A stretch of DNA of 64,000 nt from Thecamonas trahens ATCC 50062 (taxonomy: Eukaryota; Protista; Apusomonadida). Shown one piece after another: positions 9,796 to 20,063 of the stretch. Below the pieces are notes generated by a model, which saw only the letters and a list, made by a program, of their open reading frames with translations, did no database searches and was not told where the DNA came from. The DNA lies in assembly GCF_000142905.1 (NCBI RefSeq), contig NW_013657650.1, positions 342,748 through 406,747 on the forward strand. The letters are read 5' to 3'. Both the position numbers and the translations under genes were made by a program. Every line of letters begins with the position of its first letter. Position 1 is the stretch's first letter.

Positions 9796-12780
9796 TCACA
9801 GAGTTGGGAGATGGGTGGGCATCTCGATGGCATCGCCGAGCTCATGGAGCTCGGTACCCTCGTTGTGCAGCTGGTCCCAGACTTGGCGGTTGGAAGAGAC
9901 GCCGTCGACAAGGGGGGCGAGCTCTGGAACAAGATCGGCGAGGGCGGTGTAGGTGGGCGCAGCGACGTAGTCGATAAAGCCGAGCTCGAGCTCGGGGATG
10001 TTGGCGACTTCGCGGTCCATCATGGGGATGGGAGTGATGCCGGTGGCCTTCTCCTCGTCACCCTGGGCAAAAAACTCTTCAAAGATGGACATGGTGACCG
10101 GGTGCTGGATGTCCCACGGCTTGGTCGACGCCGACAAATCACAGGCCGAGATGATGAGCGCCGAGAGCATCTTACGGTGATGATCGTTGTGCACATTGTA
10201 GCAGCCCGAGTCGGAGCCGAGAAGCTCGAGCTTAAAGGCGGCGAGGTTGGGAAAGTGGCGCTCGAGATCGGTGGCCAAGATGACGTGCTTCATGTGCGAG
10301 AGGACCTGGGAGTACGTCGCCGAGTCGAGCGAGGAGAAGATGTTGGTCGACTCGTGGCGGAGGAGGAGCATGGTGTGGGAAAAGTGATGGCGCTCCATGA
10401 CGGACGAGCCGTAGAGCTTGGCGAGCGGCGACGACTGCGCCTTGTTGAACGCGTTGTTCTTGCCGCGATGGTCGATGTCGTGGCAGAGGGTGGCCACCAG
10501 CATGGAAAGCACCTCATGCGGGAGGAGGAAGCGCGCAATGGGCATCGTCCGCGCCATGACGTAAAAGGTGTGCGCGACTGAGAGGGCGTGCCACCAGTTG
10601 TGGTACGGCACTTCGTCGCGGTAGTTGCGGCAGACGGTGATGACAAAACGGCAGAGGACCTCGTACGGTATGTCAAACTGAGCAGGCAGGTCGAGGTCGA
10701 GGAACATGCGGACGACAAGCCGGAACGAGGCCTGCACCGCTTCGGACGCCCGAGCGCCGACGTGGGCCATGGCCGACGCCTGTCGCGCGCCGGACGCCGC
10801 GGGGTCCAGCCCATCAAGAGCGAGTAGCCGCCGCGGCGACCACTCAAAGCTATCCATGCCTGCAAAGAGCTGCGAGTTGGCATCCTCGATGGTCGCCGCC
10901 ACAAGACGCGCCACCTCGTCCTCATTGGCGGTCAGATGGTACGAGATGAGCTCGAGCGCAACCTTGTGACGCTGCTCCGACTGCTCGACACGCTCCATCA
11001 TGGTCGCGTTGTGGAGCGCAATGCCACAGAACATGGCAAAGCCGGCGAGCAGATGCTCGTCAGACGCCGAGAACGGGACCGGGCCGCCGGCGCTGGAGCG
11101 CGGGCACTTGTTGACCAGCTGCGCCACACCCAAGAGCTTACCTTCCTGGTCGAGGATGGGCGCGCAGAGAATGGATCGGGTCCGGTACCCGGTCCGCTTG
11201 TCAACCTCGGGGTTAAACCGCGGGTCGGCGTACGCGTCCGGGATGTTGACGAGCTTGCCGGTCGACGCCACTGCACCGGCGATGCCGGCCGTGATCGGGA
11301 ACCGGATCTCGGCGCCGTCGCGGACAAGCCCCGCCGACGTGGTCGACGCTCCGCCGCCGAGCGCCGGCGAGGCAGAGCTGTCGGCGCCATTGGGCGAGCC
11401 AAGCGTCTCAAAGACCTTGGCGTAGAGCTCCTCGTCGTCTTTGAGAAAGACGGAGCAGCCGTCGGCGCGGAGGAGTCGGCGAGCGTTGGTGATGATCTTG
11501 GCGATGAGCTCGTCGGGCCGGAGCTCGGAGAAAATGTGCTGGATGACATCAAGGAGCGCGGTTGCGTTCTCTTCTGACTCTTGCACCTTTTCCATGAGCA
11601 AAGCCGTCTGCGTCGCTGACCGCCAAGAGACCGAGACCCGCCGCTTCTTCTCGGACATTTCCTTGGCAATGATGCGCTCAAAGATGGGACCGATGTGGCT
11701 GGCGAGGAGCGAGATGTCGGCGATCTCGAGCTGTGAGAACGGGGTCCGCTCGTGAACATGGACCATGTAGATGACGCCGACTAGCCGCGAGACCGGCGGC
11801 GCGCCCGAGGTTGACGGCACGTGCTCAAAGACTGGCACAAACATCATGGCCCGCGGCGACGCCTCGGTCGGCAGCGGATCATGGAGACCGTAAAAATCCG
11901 AGTTAGCGTCAAAGGCAGGGTGAGCCATCGGTTGATCAACCACCACCGGCTGACGGGTCCGCATGACCTCGCCGACGATGCCGGCGTCAAGCTGCCACTT
12001 GGTTGGGCGAAAGGCGGTCTTGACCGGAACAAGCCCGCGCCGCGGGCGCGAGTAGTAGAACGCCGCCACAGCGCTGGCGCGGCAAAGTGAACGGACTGCG
12101 CCGGCGAGCTTGGCGTGGAGCTCGAGGCAGGTCACCGACGTGTCGATGGTCGACACTGCCGAGAGGTGGGTGACCTCGGCCACAAGCTGCGGCTGTGACG
12201 CCAGCCACTGCTTGACCTCAACAACAGACAGGCCAGCCTCCGAGTCTCGAGGAACCGGCAGTGCCCTCATGGAGCCATCGTCTGAGTGGATCACATCCGA
12301 GTACAGATCATCGTCTCCGCCCGAGTGCGAGGAGGCAAACGATCGTTCATCATCACTGTCATCGTCCTCGCCATCCGAGGGCGGAATGATATCGACGAGA
12401 GGCTCGGACTTTTGCATGGGCTTGGACTCGGGCACGGACTCGGGCTCGGGCTTGGGCTTGGACTCGGGCTTGGGCTTGGGCTTGGGCTTGGGCTCGGGCT
12501 TGTAGTTAGAAGTGATGGCAGAAGTCGGTGATGATGGCGATCGAGATGGGTTAACGATTTGGTCATGGGCATGGCCCTGGTCTTGGGCATGGGCATGGTT
12601 ATGGTCGTGGTCGTGGTCATGGTCCTCGGGAGATGAGGCCATGAGGAGGACAAGGAAGGCAGCGGCAAGGAGGGCGGCCGAGTGGGCGAGACTGGCGGTG
12701 GACGAAGAGAGCAGAGGCGCCAGGGCAAGGCCCGTGAGAACGGCCGAGAACGAGGTGAGGAACTGGGACAGAACAGCCAT
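9796..12780 (-). CDS. Class I cyclic nucleotide phosphodiesterase with tandem GAF domains and a hydrophobic N-terminus (PDE2/5/10/11-like architecture)
   Basis: GAF signatures GIAGAVASTGKLVNIPDAYADPRFNPEVDKRTGYRTRSILCAPI and LVNK...F...DE. Catalytic PYHNWWHA, CHDIDHRGKNN, MERHH, ILATDL, ACDLS, EFFAQGD. Likely ATG at 12780 (MAVLSQF...); the ORF-track extension across the N gap is not credible. Confidence 0.92.
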   Translation of the reverse strand: MAVLSQFLTSFSAVLTGLALAPLLSSSTASLAHSAALLAAAFLVLLMASSPEDHDHDHDHNHAHAQDQGHAHDQIVNPSRSPSSPTSAITSNYKPEPKPKPKPKPESKPKPEPESVPESKPMQKSEPLVDIIPPSDGEDDDSDDERSFASSHSGGDDDLYSDVIHSDDGSMRALPVPRDSEAGLSVVEVKQWLASQPQLVAEVTHLSAVSTIDTSVTCLELHAKLAGAVRSLCRASAVAAFYYSRPRRGLVPVKTAFRPTKWQLDAGIVGEVMRTRQPVVVDQPMAHPAFDANSDFYGLHDPLPTEASPRAMMFVPVFEHVPSTSGAPPVSRLVGVIYMVHVHERTPFSQLEIADISLLASHIGPIFERIIAKEMSEKKRRVSVSWRSATQTALLMEKVQESEENATALLDVIQHIFSELRPDELIAKIITNARRLLRADGCSVFLKDDEELYAKVFETLGSPNGADSSASPALGGGASTTSAGLVRDGAEIRFPITAGIAGAVASTGKLVNIPDAYADPRFNPEVDKRTGYRTRSILCAPILDQEGKLLGVAQLVNKCPRSSAGGPVPFSASDEHLLAGFAMFCGIALHNATMMERVEQSEQRHKVALELISYHLTANEDEVARLVAATIEDANSQLFAGMDSFEWSPRRLLALDGLDPAASGARQASAMAHVGARASEAVQASFRLVVRMFLDLDLPAQFDIPYEVLCRFVITVCRNYRDEVPYHNWWHALSVAHTFYVMARTMPIARFLLPHEVLSMLVATLCHDIDHRGKNNAFNKAQSSPLAKLYGSSVMERHHFSHTMLLLRHESTNIFSSLDSATYSQVLSHMKHVILATDLERHFPNLAAFKLELLGSDSGCYNVHNDHHRKMLSALIISACDLSASTKPWDIQHPVTMSIFEEFFAQGDEEKATGITPIPMMDREVANIPELELGFIDYVAAPTYTALADLVPELAPLVDGVSSNRQVWDQLHNEGTELHELGDAIEMPTHLPTL

Positions 12781-12893
12781 GACGGGGGGCTGGTGGCGAA
12801 GGAGTTGGTGGTGTGGGTGGGCGGGGGGGGGGGGGGGGTGGTGGTGGCGGGGTGAGGTGGCCGGTGGTGGTGGCGCTGTTGCGGAGCACGAGC

Positions 12894-13211
12894 NNNNNNN
12901 NNNNNNNNNNNNNNNNNNNNNNNNNNNNNNNNNNNNNNNNNNNNNNNNNNNNNNNNNNNNNNNNNNNNNNNNNNNNNNNNNNNNNNNNNNNNNNNNNNNN
13001 NNNNNNNNNNNNNNNNNNNNNNNNNNNNNNNNNNNNNNNNNNNNNNNNNNNNNNNNNNNNNNNNNNNNNNNNNNNNNNNNNNNNNNNNNNNNNNNNNNNN
13101 NNNNNNNNNNNNNNNNNNNNNNNNNNNNNNNNNNNNNNNNNNNNNNNNNNNNNNNNNNNNNNNNNNNNNNNNNNNNNNNNNNNNNNNNNNNNNNNNNNNN
13201 NNNNNNNNNNN
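12894..13211. other. Assembly gap (N run)
   Basis: Run of n characters. Confidence 0.99.
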
Positions 13212-13377
13212 TGAGGGGGGGGGCATCGGGGGCTGATTGCGCTGGTTTGAATGTGTGGAAGTAAAAGTCAGCACGTGAGGGGAGGTGGGAAGATGTGTAG
13301 GCGTCGAGGCGAGTCATGGGTGAGGATACAGAGCAAGATGATGGGTGGAGTGTGAAAGTGTGAGAGCAAGAGGCGCA

Positions 13378-14270
13378 CTAGGCGGCGATCTGGTACCAGA
13401 CGCGGACAACCTGGAAGGTCTTGATGAGGTAGCCGGCAGACTGCGATGGGTAGATGAGGATGGAGCCAGCTGTGGCAATGTCGCGGAGGACGTTGATCGA
13501 GTCGGCGGCAGGCGGCAAATAGTTTTCCGGGAGGAGAATAGTCTGGATGGAGACAAACTGCAAGAGACCGACGTTAGAGGCAAGCCACGCGTTGGCACGG
13601 GCAAGCGTAGCATCAAGACCCTCGAATTCACCAGCGCGATCGCCGGCCTGAGGATAAAAGTCCTTGTAAGCCAGCCGCGAGAAAAGCCGGGCATGGCAAC
13701 ACCAGGAGAGGCCCCAGCAGCGTCTGCGGTAGCAGCCGCAGCCACATCGGTGTCGGCAACGGCGCGAGCATCGGGATCGGGATCAGCGTCGGCATTGGCA
13801 TCGACATCATCATCGTCTTCGGACAACTCGTGCTCCGAACTTGCGGCGGCCTCGGCGGCGGGCTTGTGGTCGAAGACTGGCTGGCGGTCTTCCAGTGGAC
13901 GCAGCAGATCATTCACAGCTTCACTCTCGAGCAGCTCGGGCGCGACAGACTCGTCGGCCTGGGCAAGCGCAACCAGCTGCAGAGCGCGGCGAAGGCGAGA
14001 GGCATCAAAGTCGCGGCCCATGGGCCGGCCTTCACATGATGCGCGCCAGATGGCAGCAAGCACAGCCCTGGGAAGACCCGATGTGGCAAAGAGCGCAGCA
14101 GCCATGGCTCCAGCATCCGCCGCTTCCAGTACGGCCACATGTGGTCCGAGGTCGTCCATAGACTGCATCGTCTGCATCGACGGCGCCTCGCCGCCGGCAT
14201 CGTTGTCACCTGTCGGTGTCGCCGGCGCGGTGACTGTGCCCTCAGACTCGGTGTCAGTCGTGGTCACCAT
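13378..14270 (-). CDS. EH-like domain protein with an uncharacterised C-terminal domain; one apparent -1 frameshift
   Basis: EH-like AAALFATSGLPRAVLAAIW...RRALQLVALAQ. Adding one T near 13682 joins it to LAYKDFYP...FEGLDATLARANAWL...VSIQTILLP...FQVVRVWY, ending in the 13378..13563 ORF frame. Confidence 0.7.
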
Positions 14271-14447
14271 GGTCACGGGTTGTACGCAGAGGCAGAGGGA
14301 TGTGGCGTGTGGTGGTCGGTAGCACGTGAGCTCGGAACCGGTCGCCGTGCTCACCAGCATGTGACAGACGACATTGAGTGAGGGGCTGGGAGAGGTGGGG
14401 GGTGGGGGGTGGGAGAGCGTAAAAATATTTTCGGAGCTGGGCCTTGC

Positions 14448-15395
14448 CTACATTGCATCCAGCTCTGCCAGCTCGCGAGTCATGTTCTCCACAGCCCGCT
14501 GCTGCGCATCGGCAAAGGTCGGCGAGAGGTAGATCGACCTGGGCGTGCCGGAGCCACCGGAGCCGAGACCGAGCGTGCTGCGAAGAAAGGCGGCACGGCC
14601 TGATGCAAAGGCGTCGTCGGGAAGTGGGCATACTCGCGGCGAATGTCTCGAGTGTAGCCCGAGTACAGCTCATACGGACGGGCGAGCACAGCCATGTCAA
14701 AGTCAAGAAACAGAGCGGCATCCGAGTCGTGGCTATAGCCTCCATGACCCTCGACTTGGATCGGAGCATTGCCTGGGCCGACACCGACGTTGTCGGGCCC
14801 GAGGTAGGACCCGTGAGTCAGAGCATGACTGGCGGTCATGACGATGTAGTCGTAGACTTTGCGAACCAAGGGTGTGTCGAGCTTGGCATTGCGGGCAAAG
14901 TCGAGCCAGACATCTGCCGAGTCGTGCTCGTTCGCGCCGCCTCCGCCGTTGATCGGGTTGTAGATGATGCTGCGCGCGCGAGTGAGTAGCTACGCCTCGG
15001 CGCTCTACCGCTCCACCCAACACATGCACTCAAACAGTTTCCCACACGTACTCATGGAAAAAGATGGCAGCCTCGACTGCGACTACGTCATCCAGCAGCT
15101 CTCGATGCTCATCGACGTAGCCCAATAGCTCCCGGATGTGATCGAGCGTGTGATAGTACCGCGATGTCTCAGTGTACCGCGCATAGATCATGCCCCACCA
15201 AGCATGACACACGGTGTCGTCGTCAAGAGCAAGATCGATGCCTGCACTGGTGCTCGCATTGGTCCCCGCACTGATGTCTGTTGTTGCCTCGGCGACAGTT
15301 GACGCAGTGGTAGCAGACGATTCACCACTGGCTGCAGCGCGCGGCAGGGCGGTGCACAGAGCGAGCCACCGCGGACGCAGGAGATGGCAGAGCAT
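14448..15395 (-). CDS. HD-superfamily metal-dependent phosphohydrolase (COG4339-like); intron 14970-15051; one apparent -1 frameshift
   Basis: RYYHTLDHI. The motif AIFFH-D-IIYNP is rebuilt by removing an 82-nt GTACGT...TACTCAC...GCAG intron. NEHDSA and FLDFDMAVL are present. IRREYAHF+PDDAFASGRAAFL follows after adding one C near 14619. The start codon is uncertain. Confidence 0.85.
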
Positions 15396-15633
15396 GCCCA
15401 AATACGGAGAGCTGGCAAGTAGCGTCCTTGCTGTGGTGGATGCAAAGGGAGGTGCGAGTAAAGTGACCCAGTCGATGGTGGTGGGTGACCGAGTGGGTGA
15501 GGGCCGGCGCCTGGCGGCAGGTGCTTCGGCGAGTGGGACGGGCTGGATGGCGGCACTTGATGATGTGGTGCGCGAGTTCGGTCACTGTGTATGTGGGCAA
15601 ACGCAGAGAGCTTTTCATTTCTAGCTCTTCGTG

Positions 15634-16902
15634 CTACAATGCAAACTCGGCGGTTGCATTGCCGGAGAGTACGATGGTGGATGGGCGGCTAGAGGCATTG
15701 TCGCGGAGGATGACGCGGCGGTTTGGGCTTCCGCGGCTGCGGGTCGAGTGCGAGCCTGCGCGTCGGCGCTTGACCGGCGCCGCGGTCTTGCGCGAGAACG
15801 ATGAGTTGCGGCGGCGAGACTGGCCGGGGCGTTGTCTTTGTCGGCTGAACGATGAAACACGCTTGACAGCAGCGGGCTTGGGCGAGGGCGACACCGGATC
15901 GTTCACATTGATGAGCGGCATGGACATGGCGTGGTGACACTGCGAGAGGTCCCCATTGAACTTGGCAGGACCAACAGCCGAGCTGCCAGAGGCGTGGGCG
16001 GTAGGGACAGCGGCGGGCGAGATGTTGATGGAAGACCCACCGTTTGGATCGATAGTGACGCGCTCGACGGATGACTGCGAGTTGAAGATATCGGTAGACG
16101 GCGAGGCGGCGCGGAAACGGCGGGCAGCCGGTGAGTTTGTCCGCGACACGCGCTCGGCCGAGCCACGGGCGCGGCGGGAGGACGGCGAGGCACGGCGGGC
16201 GACGGGGGAGACGCCACGTGAACCGCCACCGGGCACCGATGCCACGGTCGAGGCCTGGCGCTCGAGCGAGTGGCATCCGGACATGGATGCCGATCGCTCA
16301 AGCGGCTCGGAGCTCGCGTAGCCTTCCTCGAGGAGGAGGAAAGAGACAAGAACTAAAAGCCATTGGGCCATCGAGTAGTTCTCGGTCGGCGCACGCTTGC
16401 ACTGGGTGAGGACGCGGTGGGTGTCCTGCTCGCCAAAGGCGGACCACTTGCGGGCGGTGAAGAAGAGCTTGAGCGAGATGTGCATGGCGTCAGTGTCGAT
16501 GCAACGATCGCCGTCGGCGTCAAAGGCGGCAAATGCTCTGTCGAGCACATCAAGAGGTGCGCCGGGAGCGAGCAGAGCATCCCGGTCGGCTGGCTCGATG
16601 GTAGCGAGGATTCGGGCGAGATTGGTGTGCGAGAGTGCACCAAACGGAGGATATAGACTGATGAGCACATCGTTGGCACGGATGGTATCGGCATGCCGCA
16701 TGTCCTGTCCACTCTGGCCTCCTGGAAGCTCCATGTCGCGCATGGCGGCTGCATACGCAGCTTGACATATGACCGGCGGAGCGAGACCAATCAGCGATTG
16801 GACGGCGAGGAGCATGTCAGCGCCCGAGGCAGTGACATTGCCCCGACTGGCCGGACGCCGCTTAGACTTGGCCTCGGGAACTCTTGACGAGCCACAGCCC
16901 AT
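15634..16902 (-). CDS. Putative N-myristoylated/palmitoylated (MGCGSS) EF-hand protein with a Ser/Arg-rich disordered tail
   Basis: ATG 16902 gives MGCGSSRVPEAKSKRR. EF-hand-like AFAAFDADGDRCIDTDAM. Low-complexity C-terminus. Confidence 0.65.
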   Translation of the reverse strand: MGCGSSRVPEAKSKRRPASRGNVTASGADMLLAVQSLIGLAPPVICQAAYAAAMRDMELPGGQSGQDMRHADTIRANDVLISLYPPFGALSHTNLARILATIEPADRDALLAPGAPLDVLDRAFAAFDADGDRCIDTDAMHISLKLFFTARKWSAFGEQDTHRVLTQCKRAPTENYSMAQWLLVLVSFLLLEEGYASSEPLERSASMSGCHSLERQASTVASVPGGGSRGVSPVARRASPSSRRARGSAERVSRTNSPAARRFRAASPSTDIFNSQSSVERVTIDPNGGSSINISPAAVPTAHASGSSAVGPAKFNGDLSQCHHAMSMPLINVNDPVSPSPKPAAVKRVSSFSRQRQRPGQSRRRNSSFSRKTAAPVKRRRAGSHSTRSRGSPNRRVILRDNASSRPSTIVLSGNATAEFAL

Positions 16903-17175
16903 GGCTAGAGCTATAGAGGCGGATAGGGGGTGGTGCGGGGGGCACGAGTCGTGTGGTGACAACGCGGTGGTGGAGTGGGGTGGTGGAGTGAGTGGGTGGT
17001 GCCACTGCCCAATATTGCCGGAAGCGGCAATTCGGCAAAAGCAGAAAAATTTCGAATGTGGACGATGGTGCACGTGATTAGAGCCAACTTGGCCCGTGTG
17101 AGAATGACGCCACGCACATGGCAAACCGCGAGCAGTGCTGTGTTTACTTCCACAAGCAGTAGAAAGCCAGACGAG

Positions 17176-18912
17176 TTACGGGCACTTTTTGTGGACGAGC
17201 GCGGCGCCGTGCTCCTCGTACTCTTGCTTGGAGATCCAGAGCGAGTGGAAGGAGCCGAGCGAGGCCATGATGGAGCCGCCGATCCAGGGCGCAAAGCGCT
17301 GCTCGGTGGGGGTGTTGATGGAAGAGACCTTGACCTTGAAGGTCTGCGGAAGAAGCGGGGCGAGGTGCTTGCGGAGGCGCGGGGTAAAGTCTGGGAACAG
17401 GGTGTTGCCGCCGGTGACAATGACAGAGCCGAAGAGGTCGCGGCGGAGGTCGACGTCTGCGAGCGAGACCGACTTGTAAACCATCTCGTGGACGCCGAGC
17501 GAATCGTCGCGGTGGCCGAGGTCACCGGAGATAGGGTCAGCATCGTTGTAGCGGGTGCCGGGCTTGGAAAGCCACTCGGGCTTGCGGATCGAGTCGTCGG
17601 GGGTGAGCGGCGGGGCGGCCGGGAGGCGCGAGGCAGCGGCGACCGAGTCTTCGCCGGTGTCCATGGCGACCGGCTCCGAGGCGGTGGCGTGGGGGCGGAA
17701 GCGGTCTTCGTAGAACCAGCGCGGGCGAAAGAGGACCTCGGGGACGAGGAAGCGCTCGGGCCCGAGATCGAGGACGGTGCGGTCGGGGAGCTCGTACGGG
17801 ACGACCGGGACCGAGCCGGTGGAGGCACCAAAGGCGTCTGCGGGCGCAAAGGCGCAGACGGAGCGCTTGATGTCGTCGAGGAGGGCGGAGCGGGTGAACG
17901 AGTCGTACGAGTGGGTGACGCGGATGTCGTCGGTGTACTCGACGGTGGTGTTGCCCTCGTCGTCGGTGACGAGCTTGAAGCCGTGGCGCGGGGTGACCCG
18001 GCCTCCGGCGGCCTCGACGAGGTGATGGAGAACCTTGTTGAGCGAGTTGCCGCCGATAGCGTGGTTGCGAACCACGGTCTTCTGCAGGACGTAGCCGTCC
18101 GAGACGACTGAGGCGGTGGTGACCGAGCCGCCGGATGAGAGGACGACACCAGACGGCTTGCCGACGGCGTAGGTGGAGAGTACGGCGTCCTTGGCCACAA
18201 AGTACGCTGGTGCGCCGTACGTCTCAAAGGCGAGCTCGGTGAGCTTTTCGCGGGCGGAGCGGGTGTTGAAGACCGACTCGGTGAAGAGCAGCGGGTGTTG
18301 CGAGGGGTCGACCTGGAGCACCGAAGTGAATGCGTGGTTCAGTATCGCCTGTGTGCCCTCCCAGTCGGTGATGAGGCCGTGGTGCATGATGGGCGTGAGC
18401 TCGACGTGCGGCCGCGAGACGCAGAGCGCGCCAGAGCCCACAATGTACCGTGACTTGCCTGCGCCCGAGTGATGGACCGGATCCTCAAGATCCATGGCAG
18501 CCTCGTTTGCCGATGCCGACGAGCCGACGGCACCACTGGCCTTGGCCGGCTCGACCCGTGCGCCAACACACGACGGCATGACCGACTTTGGCGTATCCTC
18601 ACCAGCAAATCCGATTCGGGTCGTCGACGAGCCGATGTCGAGCACCAAGGCCGCAACCTCATCTGCGTTGGTTACAGCATCCAGCCCATAAGCCCACCCA
18701 CCACCGGGTGTATACGTATGACGTATGCATGAGTATTGTGAACAGTGAGTCGCTCTTTCCCTATCTTTGTTCCCTATCTGTCCTCGTCCGCCCTGTCCGC
18801 CTTGCCCCCCCCCCCCCCCCCCCTCCCGGTCCGCTCGGCCACCCCCCACCATTCCCCCCACAACCACCCTCAGCACTACAGCCCACAGCAAGAACGTACC
18901 GCCACCAAACAT
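17176..18912 (-). CDS. ARP4: Nuclear actin-related protein 4 (ACTL6/BAF53-like); intron 18663-18899
   Basis: Splicing ATG TTT GGT GGC G|GTACGT...GCAG|AT GAG gives [31 protein letters not shown], the ARP4-type N-terminus. [42 protein letters not shown]...KKCP are present. Confidence 0.93.
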   Translation of the reverse strand: [578 protein letters not shown]

Positions 18913-19252
18913 TATGAAGTTATGTGGTGTATGCGAGTTGCCAACAGAAAGGGGAGTTGCTCCTTGTCTCGCACGCGCGCTCGAGTCAAGTGGCTGGAGT
19001 ATGAGTATGAGCGTGTGCAAGTGCAAGTGCTGGAGGTCGGTGGGTAGCAGCTTGGTCGTCGTCGTCGTCCTTGTCATGGACTGATTGACTCACCGAGGGG
19101 GGGGGGGGGGGAGTGGGCGCTACCTGGTAGTGGTCCTACAATTGGTGTGTGCGCCGTCAAGCGGCTGTGGTCACTGACGGTCGTCGGCAGAGGGTAGGCG
19201 ACCTCGTCAGAGCGCCCCACTCCTCACCCAATCCTCATATCTCGGGACAAGG

Positions 19253-19630
19253 ATGGCAGACGCCCCAATGACGTCTTTGCCGAGTGATGGAGTGCTCAAT
19301 GCCTCGGCGTCGTCGCTGGCGTCGTCGGTGGACTTGACGTGTCCGGCACCGTTTGAGCGCTCGCGCTCGCTCGTTCTTCCGCCGGTCACAGGAAGGGACA
19401 GCGATGGCAATGGTGATGATGGCATCCTTCGCGCCTCGCAATCGGTGGCAAGGATTCGGCCGCGGCGACGAAAACCCGTGCGATCTGCGACAACGACGAC
19501 TGTCACTGACTTTACCACCGAGCTCAAGAACCTACGCGCGCTCTCGCAAAGCCTCGATCCTGTCCGTGCCGCTACCAGCACCTTGCGATCTGAGCTTGCA
19601 GCCCTTGCTGAGCGTGCGGCCGACTTGTAG
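19253..19630 (+). CDS. Short ORF, possibly the 5' part of the coiled-coil gene across the gap
   Basis: Coding-like 125-aa ORF (MADAPMTSLP...ELKNLRALSQ...ELAALAERAADL), divergent from ARP4 and next to a low-quality contig end. Confidence 0.4.
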   Translation: MADAPMTSLPSDGVLNASASSLASSVDLTCPAPFERSRSLVLPPVTGRDSDGNGDDGILRASQSVARIRPRRRKPVRSATTTTVTDFTTELKNLRALSQSLDPVRAATSTLRSELAALAERAADL

Positions 19631-19797
19631 TCGACTGGACCTGTAGCCACAGCGATGCGATTGAAACATCCCCTGATCGTCATCCCCCTCTCCCCCGATC
19701 TGCACCACGCCACCCCCACCCACCCCACACCTCCCCCCCACCACCACCCCACCCACCACCCACTACCCATCCACGCACCCTATTTCCACCTCTACCG

Positions 19798-19900
19798 NNN
19801 NNNNNNNNNNNNNNNNNNNNNNNNNNNNNNNNNNNNNNNNNNNNNNNNNNNNNNNNNNNNNNNNNNNNNNNNNNNNNNNNNNNNNNNNNNNNNNNNNNNN
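19798..19900. other. Assembly gap whose flanks appear to overlap
   Basis: N run. The sequence at ~19740-19797 is nearly repeated at ~20008-20060. Confidence 0.95.
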
Positions 19901-20063
19901 CCCCCCCAAACCCTGTTCGCCAACAACCGTTCGCCCGCACCACGACCACCACCCACCCCACCCACCTCACCTCCACCCACCCCACCCACCCCACACTCCC
20001 CCCCCACCACCACCCCACCCACCACCCACTACCCATCCAGCACCCTATTTCCACCTCTCCCCC

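Noticed and set aside
12781-13317. N-terminal extension of the PDE through the N gap
   Set aside because: An artefact of translating through Ns; ATG 12780 preceded by a C-rich leader is more plausible.
19740-20060. Direct repeat flanking an N gap (possible LTR or target-site duplication)
   Set aside because: Looks like overlapping low-quality contig ends, not a biological repeat.
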